The notes under the pieces are model-generated. The model had not been told where the DNA came from and searched no databases. It worked only from the letters and a program-made list of their open reading frames with translations. A stretch of 52,261 nt of DNA from an uncultured Thermoplasmatales archaeon (lineage in GTDB: Archaea > Thermoplasmatota > E2 > DHVEG-1), in the NCBI GenBank assembly GCA_964384785.1, contig CAYLLH010000077.1, forward strand, positions 1 to 52,261, given 5' to 3'. Positions 1 through 10,630 of this stretch are shown one piece after another. The position numbers and the translations under genes were made by a program. How positions within the stretch are numbered: position 1 is the first letter of the stretch; each line of letters starts with the position of its first letter.

Positions 1-1
1 T

Positions 2-1951
2 GTAAATAGTGGAGAAGTAACACTTGAAACAACATTTAATGGCGGAGCAAGCGATGATGATTGGTTCAATGTTATAGATGAAGAAGGCGATGATTTAGAT
101 GTTGATGCAAGAGATAATGCTGGTAATCATTACACTGGAGTTGTTAATCAACCGTTACAGTTTGATGGAGATGTAACAGGCGGTACTTCGCCGTATACAT
201 ATTATTGGGATTTCGGAGATGGAGGCTCTTCAGATCAAATAGATCCAAGTCATACATATACAGAAACTGGAACATATACAGCTGAACTAACTGTTGTTGA
301 TGCTAATGGTTTAAGCGGAAGCGATACTGCTGATGTTGATATAGTAGATAATGATCTAGAAGCGATTTTATCAGGTCCTTCAAGTGCTGAAGAACATGAA
401 ACATTAGAATTTTCAAGCGAAGCGATCGGGGGCTACGGGTCTTACTTTTATGATATATACTTCGGCGATGGAGACTCTTTTTCTCAATATATGCAGACGA
501 ATCCAGAAATAGACTATCATTCTTATGTTGAACCCGGTGATTATACAGTTACATTAAATATTTTGGATCTTGCTACGGATGAAACAGCAACTGATCAGTA
601 TACAATCACAATATACAATGACAATGATTATTCTATGTCGGCATCATTATCTGGTGTTGATAAGGGAGACACCGGAGTCTCTTATGAGTTTACTGTTACA
701 GTTTCTGGAAGTGATACAGAATCACCTTATGACTACTATTTCGATTTCGGAGATGGTAACACAGAAACTTATACTTTTCAGACTAACACAAAAACCGTGG
801 ATCATTCTTATTCCTCATCGGGAGAGTATACAATTACAGTTGATGTTGTGGATGGAAATTTAGAAGAATGCTCAGCTTCTCATATTATAGATATAACAGA
901 TGGTTACCAAAATGATCCTCCAGTCCTTTCGAATCCTGATGTAAACCCGGATCCAGGTGATGAGAACTCATTATTTACCTATGAAGTATATTATTATGAT
1001 GCAGATGGGGATTATCCACAGAAGAAAAAAATACATATTTATGATAAACCTTCGAACAGTTGGTATGATAAAAATATGTATCTTCCACCAGGTGAAGATC
1101 TTCAAGAAAATTATGATGGAAGCGTTGAAGGAATCTACATTTATGAATTGGATGCTTCCTATCTTTCGCCGGGTACAGGAACTGATCACCAATATGCTTT
1201 TACTTTCAATGATGGAATGGCCGAACATGATGACGTTGACTATCCTATTCCATGGGCAAACGGTCCTGATTTACTCATGGATGCTTTAACAGCTGATGCG
1301 GGTGGACCTTATGAAGGCAATGAAGGCGACTCAATTCAATTCTATGGATCTGCAGAAGGTGGAACTGGCGGTTATACTTATGAATGGTTTTTCGGAGATG
1401 GAGGATATTCAACACAACAAAATCCTAGTCATACATATAACTATCATGATCAATGGACTGTTGAATTACAAGTAACAGATAGCAATGGAAACACAGATTC
1501 AGATTACACTACTGCAATTATCTGGGATTGGGTATCACCAGGCAGTCATGAGGACACAGACTGGTATCTTAATTCAGAAGGCAATGCTAGAGACGGTGAT
1601 ACATCTACATATACTTCCTATAGAAAATCTCATGCTGGAACAACTGATGAACTCATACTCAAACCGTCTAGTGGTTCAATGGAAATAAGTGGATTTAGAA
1701 TCGATGCAAAAAATGGAGATTATTTAGAAAAAATGATATTGGAATTTCATTATGGGTCTACAGAAGTTAAAAGAATATCATATTTCCCCAGTCAATGGAA
1801 TCATCATGCTTGGACAACAAATTCATTTTTAGATGATTGGGGTGGGGGAAGTCCAGTAACTGTAGATAGAGTCGAAATAACTTTTGAATGCTCAAAATCT
1901 TATTCGCTTCATTGGGCAAAAGTCTGGGAGTTTGAATTTGGAGTAACTTAA
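2..1951 (+). CDS. Secreted/surface PKD-repeat protein, 5'-truncated by the window edge
   Basis: The frame of ORF 491..1951 is open back to base 2 (VNSGEVTLETT...). It has repeated PKD motifs (YYWDFGDG..SHTY..GTYT..LTV; YFDFGDG; ADAGGPY..EWFFGDG..NPSHTY) and a C-terminal non-PKD beta domain (ARDGDTSTY...WEFEF). Confidence 0.85.
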   Translation, partial: VNSGEVTLETTFNGGASDDDWFNVIDEEGDDLDVDARDNAGNHYTGVVNQPLQFDGDVTGGTSPYTYYWDFGDGGSSDQIDPSHTYTETGTYTAELTVVDANGLSGSDTADVDIVDNDLEAILSGPSSAEEHETLEFSSEAIGGYGSYFYDIYFGDGDSFSQYMQTNPEIDYHSYVEPGDYTVTLNILDLATDETATDQYTITIYNDNDYSMSASLSGVDKGDTGVSYEFTVTVSGSDTESPYDYYFDFGDGNTETYTFQTNTKTVDHSYSSSGEYTITVDVVDGNLEECSASHIIDITDGYQNDPPVLSNPDVNPDPGDENSLFTYEVYYYDADGDYPQKKKIHIYDKPSNSWYDKNMYLPPGEDLQENYDGSVEGIYIYELDASYLSPGTGTDHQYAFTFNDGMAEHDDVDYPIPWANGPDLLMDALTADAGGPYEGNEGDSIQFYGSAEGGTGGYTYEWFFGDGGYSTQQNPSHTYNYHDQWTVELQVTDSNGNTDSDYTTAIIWDWVSPGSHEDTDWYLNSEGNARDGDTSTYTSYRKSHAGTTDELILKPSSGSMEISGFRIDAKNGDYLEKMILEFHYGSTEVKRISYFPSQWNHHAWTTNSFLDDWGGGSPVTVDRVEITFECSKSYSLHWAKVWEFEFGVT

Positions 1952-1972
1952 AAAAGGTTAAAAATCACTCAA

Positions 1973-1987
1973 TTTTTTCTTTTTTTT
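1973..1987 (+). terminator. Putative archaeal oligo-T terminator
   Basis: TTTTTTCTTTTTTTT tract about 20 nt after the PKD gene stop. Confidence 0.5.
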
Positions 1988-2209
1988 CGACAAAAAGTGT
2001 TAATTATTTTGTAAGGTTTTTATAACCATAACCTTTTATACAACGTTTTATTGCTGATAAACGCTCTTATTATCTTTTAAATATAATAAGATTTAAGAAT
2101 ATATAAAGATATACTGCTCTTTGTAAGTTGAGGAAGGCAGTTAATAAAAAATGTTGAGATGAGGTCACAGAAAAGGGGTAGGTTGGTTTATTATAAGTTG
2201 GAGAGTTAG

Positions 2210-3340
2210 ATGAAAATTGCGATGATAGGCTGGGAGTATCCGCCTTTTAAGGCAGGGGGTCTTGCGACCCATTGCTATGGGTTGACTCGTAGTCTTGCTG
2301 ATAAAAATGAAAAAGTTTATTTTTTTATGCCTAAAACTAAGCATAAAACCAGTAGTGATAAGTCTAATCTTGAAATAGTTGAAGTTGGAGAAACAGAAGT
2401 ATTTCCTTATGATCGACCTGAGGATAAGGAACTTGCTGGGAAGTTTTTTGATTCAGTTTACTATTATAATGATTTAGTTGTTGACCGGGTTAAAAAAACT
2501 GCTAAAAAAGTTGGTGGTTTTGATGTTATTCATGCTCATGATTGGCTTACTATGAAAGCAGCAGTAAAAGTTAAAGAAGAAACAGGCACTCCCTTGGTTT
2601 TAAGTATTCATTCCACTGAGTATGATCGTTCTGGTTGGATTTATCCAAATCAATGGTTTATTGACATTGAACGGGAGGGTATGCAGAAAGCTGATCATAT
2701 TATTGCGGTTAGTAATTTTACTAAAAATGTTATAGTTGAAAAATATGGAATTAATCCTGATAAAATAAGTGTGGTTCATAACGCGGTTCATCCAATCCCT
2801 GAGGATCAAAAACAAGAAATAGTGTTGTTTTTAGGCCGGTTGACTATACAGAAAGGTGCAGAGTTTTTCTTAAAGGCTGCTAGAAAAGTTTTGGATTATG
2901 AACCAGATACTCGTTTTGTGGTAGCCGGATCAGGTGATATGCTTCCTCGTTTGATACATCAATCTGTTAAAATGGATATGTCTGATAGAATGATTTTTAC
3001 AGGTCGTCTTACTGATGAAGAAGTTAAACATATTTATGGTATCAGCAGTGTCTATGTGATGCCTAGTGTTAGTGAACCATTTGGTATTACTGCTTTAGAA
3101 GCCATATCAGCAGGTACACCTACTATTGCTTCAAAAACAGCTGGTTTTTCTGAAGCCTTTAAAAACTGTCTTCGTGTTGATTTTTGGGATACTGATGAAA
3201 TGGCTAATAAAATCATTTCATTACTTCGTTATGATCCATTGCACCGGGTGATGTCTTGCGAAGGTAAAAAAGAAATAGATCTATTCACATGGGATAGAGT
3301 CGCAGATAAAACAGTTGATGTTTATAACATGGTTGGTTAG
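2210..3340 (+). CDS. Glycosyltransferase family 4 (glycogen-synthase-like)
   Basis: WEYPP..GGL N-terminus, HAHDW, HSTE, C-terminal PSVSEPFGITALEA GT-B motif; lies in an alpha-glucan cluster. Confidence 0.88.
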   Translation: MKIAMIGWEYPPFKAGGLATHCYGLTRSLADKNEKVYFFMPKTKHKTSSDKSNLEIVEVGETEVFPYDRPEDKELAGKFFDSVYYYNDLVVDRVKKTAKKVGGFDVIHAHDWLTMKAAVKVKEETGTPLVLSIHSTEYDRSGWIYPNQWFIDIEREGMQKADHIIAVSNFTKNVIVEKYGINPDKISVVHNAVHPIPEDQKQEIVLFLGRLTIQKGAEFFLKAARKVLDYEPDTRFVVAGSGDMLPRLIHQSVKMDMSDRMIFTGRLTDEEVKHIYGISSVYVMPSVSEPFGITALEAISAGTPTIASKTAGFSEAFKNCLRVDFWDTDEMANKIISLLRYDPLHRVMSCEGKKEIDLFTWDRVADKTVDVYNMVG

Positions 3341-3345
3341 AAAAA

Positions 3346-4530
3346 ATGACTTCGGTATGCATGTATTTTGAGGTTCATCAACCAGTAAGGTTGAATCGAT
3401 TTAGTGTTTTTAATATTGGAGATAAAAATAAACAAAAATATTCATATTTTGATGATAAACTAAATCATGATATTTTCAGAAAAGTAGCAAAAAAATGTTA
3501 TCTTCCTACAAATAAATTGTTACTTGATCTAATTGACCAATATGATGGAGATTTTCGCATATCTTTTAGTTTAACAGGAACTTTTGTGGAATTCTGTCAA
3601 AAGTATATGCCTGAAGTACTTGATAGCTTCAAAGAGCTTTTTAAAACTGGCTCGGTGGATATGATCGAGGAGACTTATTATCATAGTCTTTCTAGTCTTT
3701 TTGAAGATATGGATGAGTTTGAGGATCAAGTACGAATGCATAACGCTATGGTTAAAGACATTTTCAACTATAAACCACGAGTTTTCCGAAACACTGAAGC
3801 AATTTATGATAACCGTATCGCTAAAAAAGTCGCAGATATGGGTTATAAAGGAATTATGACAGAGGGTACTGAAAAAATACTACAGTGGCGTTCCCCGAAT
3901 TATGTTTACAAACCAACGAATTGTGATCTTAAAGTTTTGATGCGTAATTATAATCTTAGTGATGATGTAGGTTTTAGGTTTTCTTCACGTCTTTGGAAAG
4001 GATGGCCTCTTACTGCTGATAAATATGCTGGATGGCTTTCAAATAATCAAGGTGATTTAATTAATCTTTTCATGGATTACGAAACCTTTGGTGAACATCA
4101 ATGGACTGAGACTGGAATCTTTGATTTTTTAAAACATCTACCGGGTCATGTTTTTAATCATGATCATATGGATTTTGTAACAGTTAGCGAGGCTGTAGAA
4201 CGATATAACCCGGTTGGGGAAATTGATGTACCATGGGCAATTAGTTGGGCTGATGAAGACCGTGATGTAAGCACATGGCTTGGAAACGATATGCAGATAG
4301 CTTGTTTTAATGAAATAAAAAACATCGGTAGCCAACTTCGTGAAAAAAAAGATAAAAAATCTCTTGAAACATGGAGAAAGCTACAAACAAGTGATCATCT
4401 TTATTACTGCTGTACAAAAGGTCTAGCGGATGGTGATGTTCATGCATATTTCAGCCCATATGATGGACCATATGACGGTTTTATAAATTATATGAACATC
4501 TTACAGGATTTAAAACAAAAAGTAACATAA
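3346..4530 (+). CDS. Glycoside hydrolase family 57 (alpha-amylase type)
   Basis: GH57 conserved regions: FEVHQP, ETYYHS, FRNTE (nucleophile), MDYETFGEH (acid/base), QTSDH. Confidence 0.92.
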   Translation: MTSVCMYFEVHQPVRLNRFSVFNIGDKNKQKYSYFDDKLNHDIFRKVAKKCYLPTNKLLLDLIDQYDGDFRISFSLTGTFVEFCQKYMPEVLDSFKELFKTGSVDMIEETYYHSLSSLFEDMDEFEDQVRMHNAMVKDIFNYKPRVFRNTEAIYDNRIAKKVADMGYKGIMTEGTEKILQWRSPNYVYKPTNCDLKVLMRNYNLSDDVGFRFSSRLWKGWPLTADKYAGWLSNNQGDLINLFMDYETFGEHQWTETGIFDFLKHLPGHVFNHDHMDFVTVSEAVERYNPVGEIDVPWAISWADEDRDVSTWLGNDMQIACFNEIKNIGSQLREKKDKKSLETWRKLQTSDHLYYCCTKGLADGDVHAYFSPYDGPYDGFINYMNILQDLKQKVT

Positions 4531-4567
4531 ACTATTACTTTCATTCTCATTGGTGAGGAGAGACACT

Positions 4568-5809
4568 TTGAAAGTTACGCATTTTGTATGGGAATATCCA
4601 CCTGTAATCTATGGTGGACTAGGTACTTTTGCTGAAGAAATAACAAAAAAACAAAAATTTTTAGGGCATGATATCAATGTTTTTTCACTTAACCCTGGGA
4701 ATAAATACGATGAACTCACTGATTATGATGGAGTAAAAGTGTATCGTCCGAAAACTCTTGATTTAACAGAAACACTTCGTCTCTTTGCAGACTATGAACT
4801 AAGAGCCTGGGGTGATAATTTTAGTTTTTTTGCAGATGTAGTAGGTTACAATCTTACTTCTGCTTTTAGATTTGTAGATGAACTAACTCAAAAAAAGATA
4901 AAAAAACCAGATGTTATAGATGCTCATGACTGGCTGGGAATCCTTGCTGGTATGACAGTTAAACGCGAGATAGATAAACCACTTTTTTTCCATGTACATT
5001 CAACAGAAGTCGGTCGTTCAATCGGTCGTGGTTCTCATAACATCAAAGAAATCGAGTTTGAGGGTGGTCAAAACGCTGATTGTGTGATAACAGTTTCTTA
5101 TGCTATGAAAGATGAACTAGAAAAACTGGGTTTTCCATCACATAAAATACGTGTTTGTTGGAATGGAGTGGATCCAGATAAATATGATCCAAAAAAAATA
5201 AAACCTGAAGAAAAAAAGAATCTTCGAAAAAAATATGGAATAAATGATGATGAAAACATGCTTTTTTTTGTTGGAAGACTTGTCAATGTTAAAGGTGTGG
5301 ATTATCTAATAAAAGCTATGCCAGAAATCCTTTCTGATTTTCCAAAAACCAAGCTAGTAATACTAGGTGTTGGTGGATTAGTAAATGATCTACGAAGAAT
5401 CGCTGAAGAGACTGGTGTTTCTAATAATGTTATTTTCCGTGATGAGTTTGTTAGTGAACATGAAAGGATAATTCATTATGCAGCATCTGACTGCGTGGTG
5501 CTTCCATCTGTTTATGAACCATTTGGAATCGTTTGTACTGAAGCTATGAGTATGGCTAAACCAACTGTTGTTGGAGCACGTGGAACCAATGGTTTCCGTG
5601 AACAAATAATACCAGAGGGTGATGAAATGTCAGGTGTACATGTAGATGGAGGTAACTCTGGGGATATATCCTGGGGTGTAAAAAAATTACTTGGAATGAC
5701 TGACAAAGGAAAACATGTTGGAATAAATGCTAGAAAGAGAGTTCTTGAAAAATTTACATGGAAACATGTGGCTGAAAGAACAATAAACATTTATAAAGAA
5801 TTTAGTTAA
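4568..5809 (+). CDS. Glycosyltransferase family 4 (second glycogen-synthase-like paralogue)
   Basis: WEYPP..GGLG, DAHDW, HSTE, PSVYEPFGIVCTEA. Start moved from 4550 to TTG 4568, downstream of the GGTGAGG RBS-like motif. Confidence 0.88.
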   Translation: MKVTHFVWEYPPVIYGGLGTFAEEITKKQKFLGHDINVFSLNPGNKYDELTDYDGVKVYRPKTLDLTETLRLFADYELRAWGDNFSFFADVVGYNLTSAFRFVDELTQKKIKKPDVIDAHDWLGILAGMTVKREIDKPLFFHVHSTEVGRSIGRGSHNIKEIEFEGGQNADCVITVSYAMKDELEKLGFPSHKIRVCWNGVDPDKYDPKKIKPEEKKNLRKKYGINDDENMLFFVGRLVNVKGVDYLIKAMPEILSDFPKTKLVILGVGGLVNDLRRIAEETGVSNNVIFRDEFVSEHERIIHYAASDCVVLPSVYEPFGIVCTEAMSMAKPTVVGARGTNGFREQIIPEGDEMSGVHVDGGNSGDISWGVKKLLGMTDKGKHVGINARKRVLEKFTWKHVAERTINIYKEFS

Positions 5810-5841
5810 ATAAATTTGTTTGAGGGGATGAAAACAAAGTT

Positions 5842-7704
5842 ATGAAAGAATGGATTGTGACCAATGGTCTTGGGGGTTATGCTTCTCTTACTTTTCAAAG
5901 TACAAATACCCGGAAATTCCATGGACTATTAGTTTCTAGTCTTAACCCACCGACAGAGCGTTGGTGTTTTATCTCAAATGTTTTTGACAAGGTAAAACTA
6001 AATGGACATAGTTTTGATTTAAGAGTTTTCAAACCAGTTTACAGTTTTGATTATTTTCCCTGTTTTATTTATAATTTTGAAAATGTTCAAATCAAAAAAA
6101 CAGTTTTTATGCAACATGAAAAAAACACAACGATTATTAAATATGATATTAAAACCAAAAAACCAATAACTTTATTTCATAAACCAGTGGTTAATTCTAG
6201 GCATTTTTATGATCTTAATACTAGACGTGATTTGTTTTTTGAACAAAAACCTGTTAAAAATGGTGTGAATGTTAAAGTTGAAAACATTGACCGTGAGATC
6301 AAGTTTTTTTTAGAAGGTTCAAGTTATAGTTCTGATTTTGTCTGGGAGGAGTTTTATTATAAAAAGGATCATGAACGCGGGGATTCATGGATTGATAACA
6401 ATGCTGTTCTTGGTGATATTACAAAAAAAATTGATGGGAATTGTGTGTATTATCTTGTTTTAACTACTGAAAAAAATATTCCAAAGAATCCGGATAAGAT
6501 TTTTTCTAAAGAAATTGATAGAAGGAAAAAGATTTTTGAAGATTCTAAACTCCCTGAGAAGTTTGAAAAACTGGTTCTTTCAACTGATAATTTCATAGTA
6601 AATAAACAGGATAGTAAATCTGTTATCGCAGGTTATCATTGGTTTGGAGATTGGGGTCGGGATACCTTGATTTCTCTACCGGGTTTAGCACTGGTGACTC
6701 GTCGTTTTGATGATGCAGAAAAAATTCTTCAAAATTTTGCAAATTTTAGCAGAAATGGTTTGATTCCAAATGCTTTTATGGAACGTGATTCACAGCCTGT
6801 TTATAACACGGTTGATGCATCACTTTGGTATATAGATCGTGTTTTTCAATATTTGAAATATACAAACAATATTGGTTTTGTTGAAAAAAACTGGGATGTG
6901 CTAAACTCTATTATTGATGGTTACAAAAATGGTACAGAGCATGGTATTTTCATGGATGAGGATTTTTTGATTTCTCATGATTCCGGTCTTACATGGATGG
7001 ATGTTAAACTTGGTGATTATTATCCTACTCCTCGTGCTCGAAAAGCAGTGGAAATACAAGCTCTTTGGTATAACGCGTTAAAAATAATGAGTACTTTATC
7101 TGAAATTATTGGCAAAGACGATACTTATAGTTCTTTAACTGAAAAAGTTAAGGATAGTTTTGGATCAAAATATGATGATTTTTATGATGTGATAGATGCT
7201 CGTGATACTTCTTTTAGACCTAATCAAATCTTTCTTGTATCACTTGATTTCAACATGATTAATAGTAAGCTTCAGAAAAAAATTGTTGAAAATGTTGAAG
7301 ATAAACTTGTGACTGTTTTTGGACTTAAAACTCTTTCATCTGACCACTCAGAATACAAAGGAAAATATCTAGGGGATTACAACAAAGACTTAGCGTATCA
7401 TAATGGTACTGTTTGGCCATGGCTTCTTGGGCCGTTTATAACAGCTTATGTTAAAACACATGATACTACTTCTAAAACTCGAAAAAAAGCCTATAAAAAC
7501 TTTCTGCAGCCGATGCTTCAAATTTTTGGTGAAGAATGGGATGGCAGCATTAATGAGATTTTTGATGGAAACCCGCCTCATAATAAACGTGGTTGTATAA
7601 CTCAGGCTTGGAGCGTAGCTGAAATACTAAGATGCTGGGTTGAAAACATTGAAAATATTAAACCCGAGTTTGATGAGCATTTTTTACATAAAATACGCGT
7701 TTAA
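5842..7704 (+). CDS. Glycogen debranching enzyme (amylo-alpha-1,6-glucosidase)
   Basis: EWIVTNGLGGYAS N-terminal domain, AGYHWFGDWGRDT, TWMD, YHNGTVWPW, QAWSVAE. Confidence 0.92.
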   Translation: MKEWIVTNGLGGYASLTFQSTNTRKFHGLLVSSLNPPTERWCFISNVFDKVKLNGHSFDLRVFKPVYSFDYFPCFIYNFENVQIKKTVFMQHEKNTTIIKYDIKTKKPITLFHKPVVNSRHFYDLNTRRDLFFEQKPVKNGVNVKVENIDREIKFFLEGSSYSSDFVWEEFYYKKDHERGDSWIDNNAVLGDITKKIDGNCVYYLVLTTEKNIPKNPDKIFSKEIDRRKKIFEDSKLPEKFEKLVLSTDNFIVNKQDSKSVIAGYHWFGDWGRDTLISLPGLALVTRRFDDAEKILQNFANFSRNGLIPNAFMERDSQPVYNTVDASLWYIDRVFQYLKYTNNIGFVEKNWDVLNSIIDGYKNGTEHGIFMDEDFLISHDSGLTWMDVKLGDYYPTPRARKAVEIQALWYNALKIMSTLSEIIGKDDTYSSLTEKVKDSFGSKYDDFYDVIDARDTSFRPNQIFLVSLDFNMINSKLQKKIVENVEDKLVTVFGLKTLSSDHSEYKGKYLGDYNKDLAYHNGTVWPWLLGPFITAYVKTHDTTSKTRKKAYKNFLQPMLQIFGEEWDGSINEIFDGNPPHNKRGCITQAWSVAEILRCWVENIENIKPEFDEHFLHKIRV

Positions 7705-9393
7705 AACATACTGTTGAATCATACGGTTTGTGTTAAAAAACGAAGCATTAATAGCAATACAACTACGCATAGTACGAATCCAGTTATCACGGTCATCTTT
7801 GAATTTTGGTATAACCCAGTTTTCAAGTTTGTCATATAAATCGTTTTTATCGGTTTCATCATCTGATTGTTGATCATGTGTTTTTTCAGGGCCTATAGAC
7901 CAACCAGTTATGTTTTCTATACAACCCTCTAGCCACCATCCATCTAGTGTTCCAAACTGTGGAACTCCATTATGAGCAGCTTTCATACCACTAGTACCCG
8001 ATGCTTCTTTAGGCCGTCTTGGTGTATTCAGCCAGACATCTACACCTGATATCATTCTTTTAGCTATAGCCATATCATAGTTTTGGATAAACGTGATTTT
8101 CACACGGTCATCAATACTTTTTTTTACATCAAAAATTTTTCTGATTGCTTGTTTACCTGCTTCGTCTTTAGGATGTGCTTTACCAGCATAAATGATCTGA
8201 ATGGAACCATATTTATCAGTAATCTGAAGTAATCTATCCGGATCTGAAATTAACATATCTGGTCTCTTGTAAGGTGTTTGACGACGTGCAAAACCTATAG
8301 TGAAATCCTCATAATTCATACCAGCGTTATAATGCTTATTTACATAGTTGATAAGAGTCTGTTTAGCCGCCATATGTGCATCCCATATTTCTTGTTTATC
8401 AATACTAAACGCTGAACGAAGGGAGTATGCATCAGAACGCCAACCAGGTATATGTTTATCAAATAATCTTTGAAATGGTTCAGAAACCCATGTTGTACTA
8501 TGCACACCGTTAGTTATCGAGTCAATACTGTATCCTGGAAACATCGTACGTGAAACCTCGCCATGTTTTTTAGCTACACCGTTAACATAATGGCTGAAAA
8601 ATAAGGCAAGACGGGTCATATTAAGACGATTTTCAAAAGTAACATCATCAAGAATGAAATCAGGTAGGAGATTACCAATCATATTTTTTGCAAGCTGCAA
8701 ATCAAATTGATCATGACCTGCTGCAACAGGTGTATGGGTGGTAAAAACACATTGTTTACGTACTTTTTCTACATCATTAAAACGATCATACAATTCAAGA
8801 GTACCAAAAGCTGCATGACCTTCATTCATATGATGTCGGTCAATAGTTTTATAACCCAGTTCATGAAGCATACGAACACCGCCGATACCAAGAACTATTT
8901 CTTGAGCTAGGCGATATTTATTGTCCCCGCCATACAAATATTTTGTAAGCTCTCGATCCCAGTCATTGTTTCCTTCAACATTAGTATCCAGGAAAAAAAT
9001 CGGGACAATAAAACCACTAACACCCTTCACTGCGTAATACCAACAACGAATTTTTACTTCCCTACCTTCTATATTAACAGTTGTAGTGGTTGGAAGTTGT
9101 TCAAGAAAATTATCAACCGCAAACTCCATTGGTCGTTCACTTTGGTTACCATCTTCATCAATTTTTTGATAAAAATAACCTTTTTCAGAAAGAAGAGTAA
9201 CACCAACCAATGGTACATTAAGATCTGCACAAGATTTAATAGTGTCTCCAGCTAAAACTCCAAGACCACCACTATACGTGGGAATATTATCATCAATTCC
9301 TATTTCCATAGAAAAATAAGCAATTTTTGGTTTCCCACCGAGTTTAGCTTTCCCGCCACTGATGTTCTTTGAATTATCCTTCGTCTCCTGCAT
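7684..9393 (-). CDS. glgP: Alpha-glucan (glycogen/maltodextrin) phosphorylase, GT35
   Basis: AYFSMEIG, YSGGLGVLAGD, HMNEGH, FTTHTP, PLP-lysine motif EASGTSGMKAAHNG. Start likely ATG 9393 (ORF track gives 9426). Confidence 0.93.
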   Translation of the reverse strand: MQETKDNSKNISGGKAKLGGKPKIAYFSMEIGIDDNIPTYSGGLGVLAGDTIKSCADLNVPLVGVTLLSEKGYFYQKIDEDGNQSERPMEFAVDNFLEQLPTTTTVNIEGREVKIRCWYYAVKGVSGFIVPIFFLDTNVEGNNDWDRELTKYLYGGDNKYRLAQEIVLGIGGVRMLHELGYKTIDRHHMNEGHAAFGTLELYDRFNDVEKVRKQCVFTTHTPVAAGHDQFDLQLAKNMIGNLLPDFILDDVTFENRLNMTRLALFFSHYVNGVAKKHGEVSRTMFPGYSIDSITNGVHSTTWVSEPFQRLFDKHIPGWRSDAYSLRSAFSIDKQEIWDAHMAAKQTLINYVNKHYNAGMNYEDFTIGFARRQTPYKRPDMLISDPDRLLQITDKYGSIQIIYAGKAHPKDEAGKQAIRKIFDVKKSIDDRVKITFIQNYDMAIAKRMISGVDVWLNTPRRPKEASGTSGMKAAHNGVPQFGTLDGWWLEGCIENITGWSIGPEKTHDQQSDDETDKNDLYDKLENWVIPKFKDDRDNWIRTMRSCIAINASFFNTNRMIQQYVLNAYFM

Positions 9394-9543
9394 AACGACT
9401 TCTTCTCCATCCACCATGAAAACCAATAAACAAATATTGTTTTATAAAATGTTTTATTTTATAATTTAGTTACGTAGTTATACAATACATTTATTAATGT
9501 GTTCTGTTGTATTATAATAAAAAATTAGGATATTTGGTGGTGG

Positions 9544-9789
9544 TTGTTTATACCAGAAAAAGTTTGTAGTGTTTGTAGTCAAAAATTTTCATTGAGTAGA
9601 AATCCAACAGGTCTTGTTTTCGATGATTCTCTTTTTGTTTGTGAAACCTGTTGTACAAAACATTCTCATGATGAATTAAACCATCTTGGTGAATCTATGA
9701 TGAATGTTTCAGCTCGCGGTATGCCTATCGCTCTCTGGCTTATCCATGAGCAAAATAAGGATAAAACTATGATGTCTGTAAAAAGATAA
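9544..9789 (+). CDS. Small hypothetical zinc-finger protein
   Basis: CSVC...CETCC pairs; GGTGG RBS-like motif upstream of a TTG start; same strand as and just upstream of ipk. Confidence 0.65.
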   Translation: MFIPEKVCSVCSQKFSLSRNPTGLVFDDSLFVCETCCTKHSHDELNHLGESMMNVSARGMPIALWLIHEQNKDKTMMSVKR

Positions 9790-9845
9790 CCAAAACTCTT
9801 TTTTTAATCAAAATACTTTTTAAATAATATTCATTCACACAAGTT

Positions 9846-10622
9846 ATGCAAATAATCAAAATTGGTGGAAGTGTAATCACTGATAAATCCAAAAAGGATT
9901 CTTTTAAAAAAAATCTTATGGATAAGATTTCTTCTGAGCTTTCAAAATACAATAAGGATTTTATAATTGTTCATGGAGCAGGATCTTATGGTCATATTTT
10001 AGCAGAAAAATATGATTTAAATAATGGTTTTAAAAATACTGATCAACTTAAAGGTTTTTCAGAAACACTTTCATCTGTTCAGAACTTAAATACTTTGGTT
10101 TTAAAATCATTGCAAAACAAAAATATTAACGCTGTTTCGCTATCTCCTCATTCAATTATGAAGCTAAAAAACCATAATTCTTTTAAGTTTGATTTTGAAA
10201 TCTTTGATAATTTTTTAGATAAAGGTTTCAAACCTGTAACATATGGGGATGTAGTACTGGATTCAGAACTTGGTTTTTCAATCTGTTCCGGTGATCTTCT
10301 AATACTTTTACTATCTGATTATTACAAGCCTGATAGTGTGATTTTTTTGTTTGATGAAGATGGTCTTTACTCGTCTAATCCTAAAAAAAATAAAAACGCT
10401 GAATTTATAGAAAAAATAGATCTAGATGGTTTAGAAAAACTTACAACATCATTAGATGATCATGCAGATGTAACTGGTGGAATGCATGGAAAAATTGAAA
10501 CAATAAAAAAACTCTCCAAAAATGGCGTGGATACTTATTTAGTAAATGGTAATAAACCAGATCGTTTATACAAAATTTTGAATAAAGAAAAAACAAAATC
10601 AACTCAAATTAAAGGAGAATAA
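9846..10622 (+). CDS. ipk: Isopentenyl phosphate kinase (amino-acid kinase family)
   Basis: IKIGGSVITDK, VHGAGSYGH, SGD, DVTGGM; directly upstream of fni and GGPP synthase. Confidence 0.92.
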   Translation: MQIIKIGGSVITDKSKKDSFKKNLMDKISSELSKYNKDFIIVHGAGSYGHILAEKYDLNNGFKNTDQLKGFSETLSSVQNLNTLVLKSLQNKNINAVSLSPHSIMKLKNHNSFKFDFEIFDNFLDKGFKPVTYGDVVLDSELGFSICSGDLLILLLSDYYKPDSVIFLFDEDGLYSSNPKKNKNAEFIEKIDLDGLEKLTTSLDDHADVTGGMHGKIETIKKLSKNGVDTYLVNGNKPDRLYKILNKEKTKSTQIKGE

Positions 10623-10630
10623 GAAAATTT

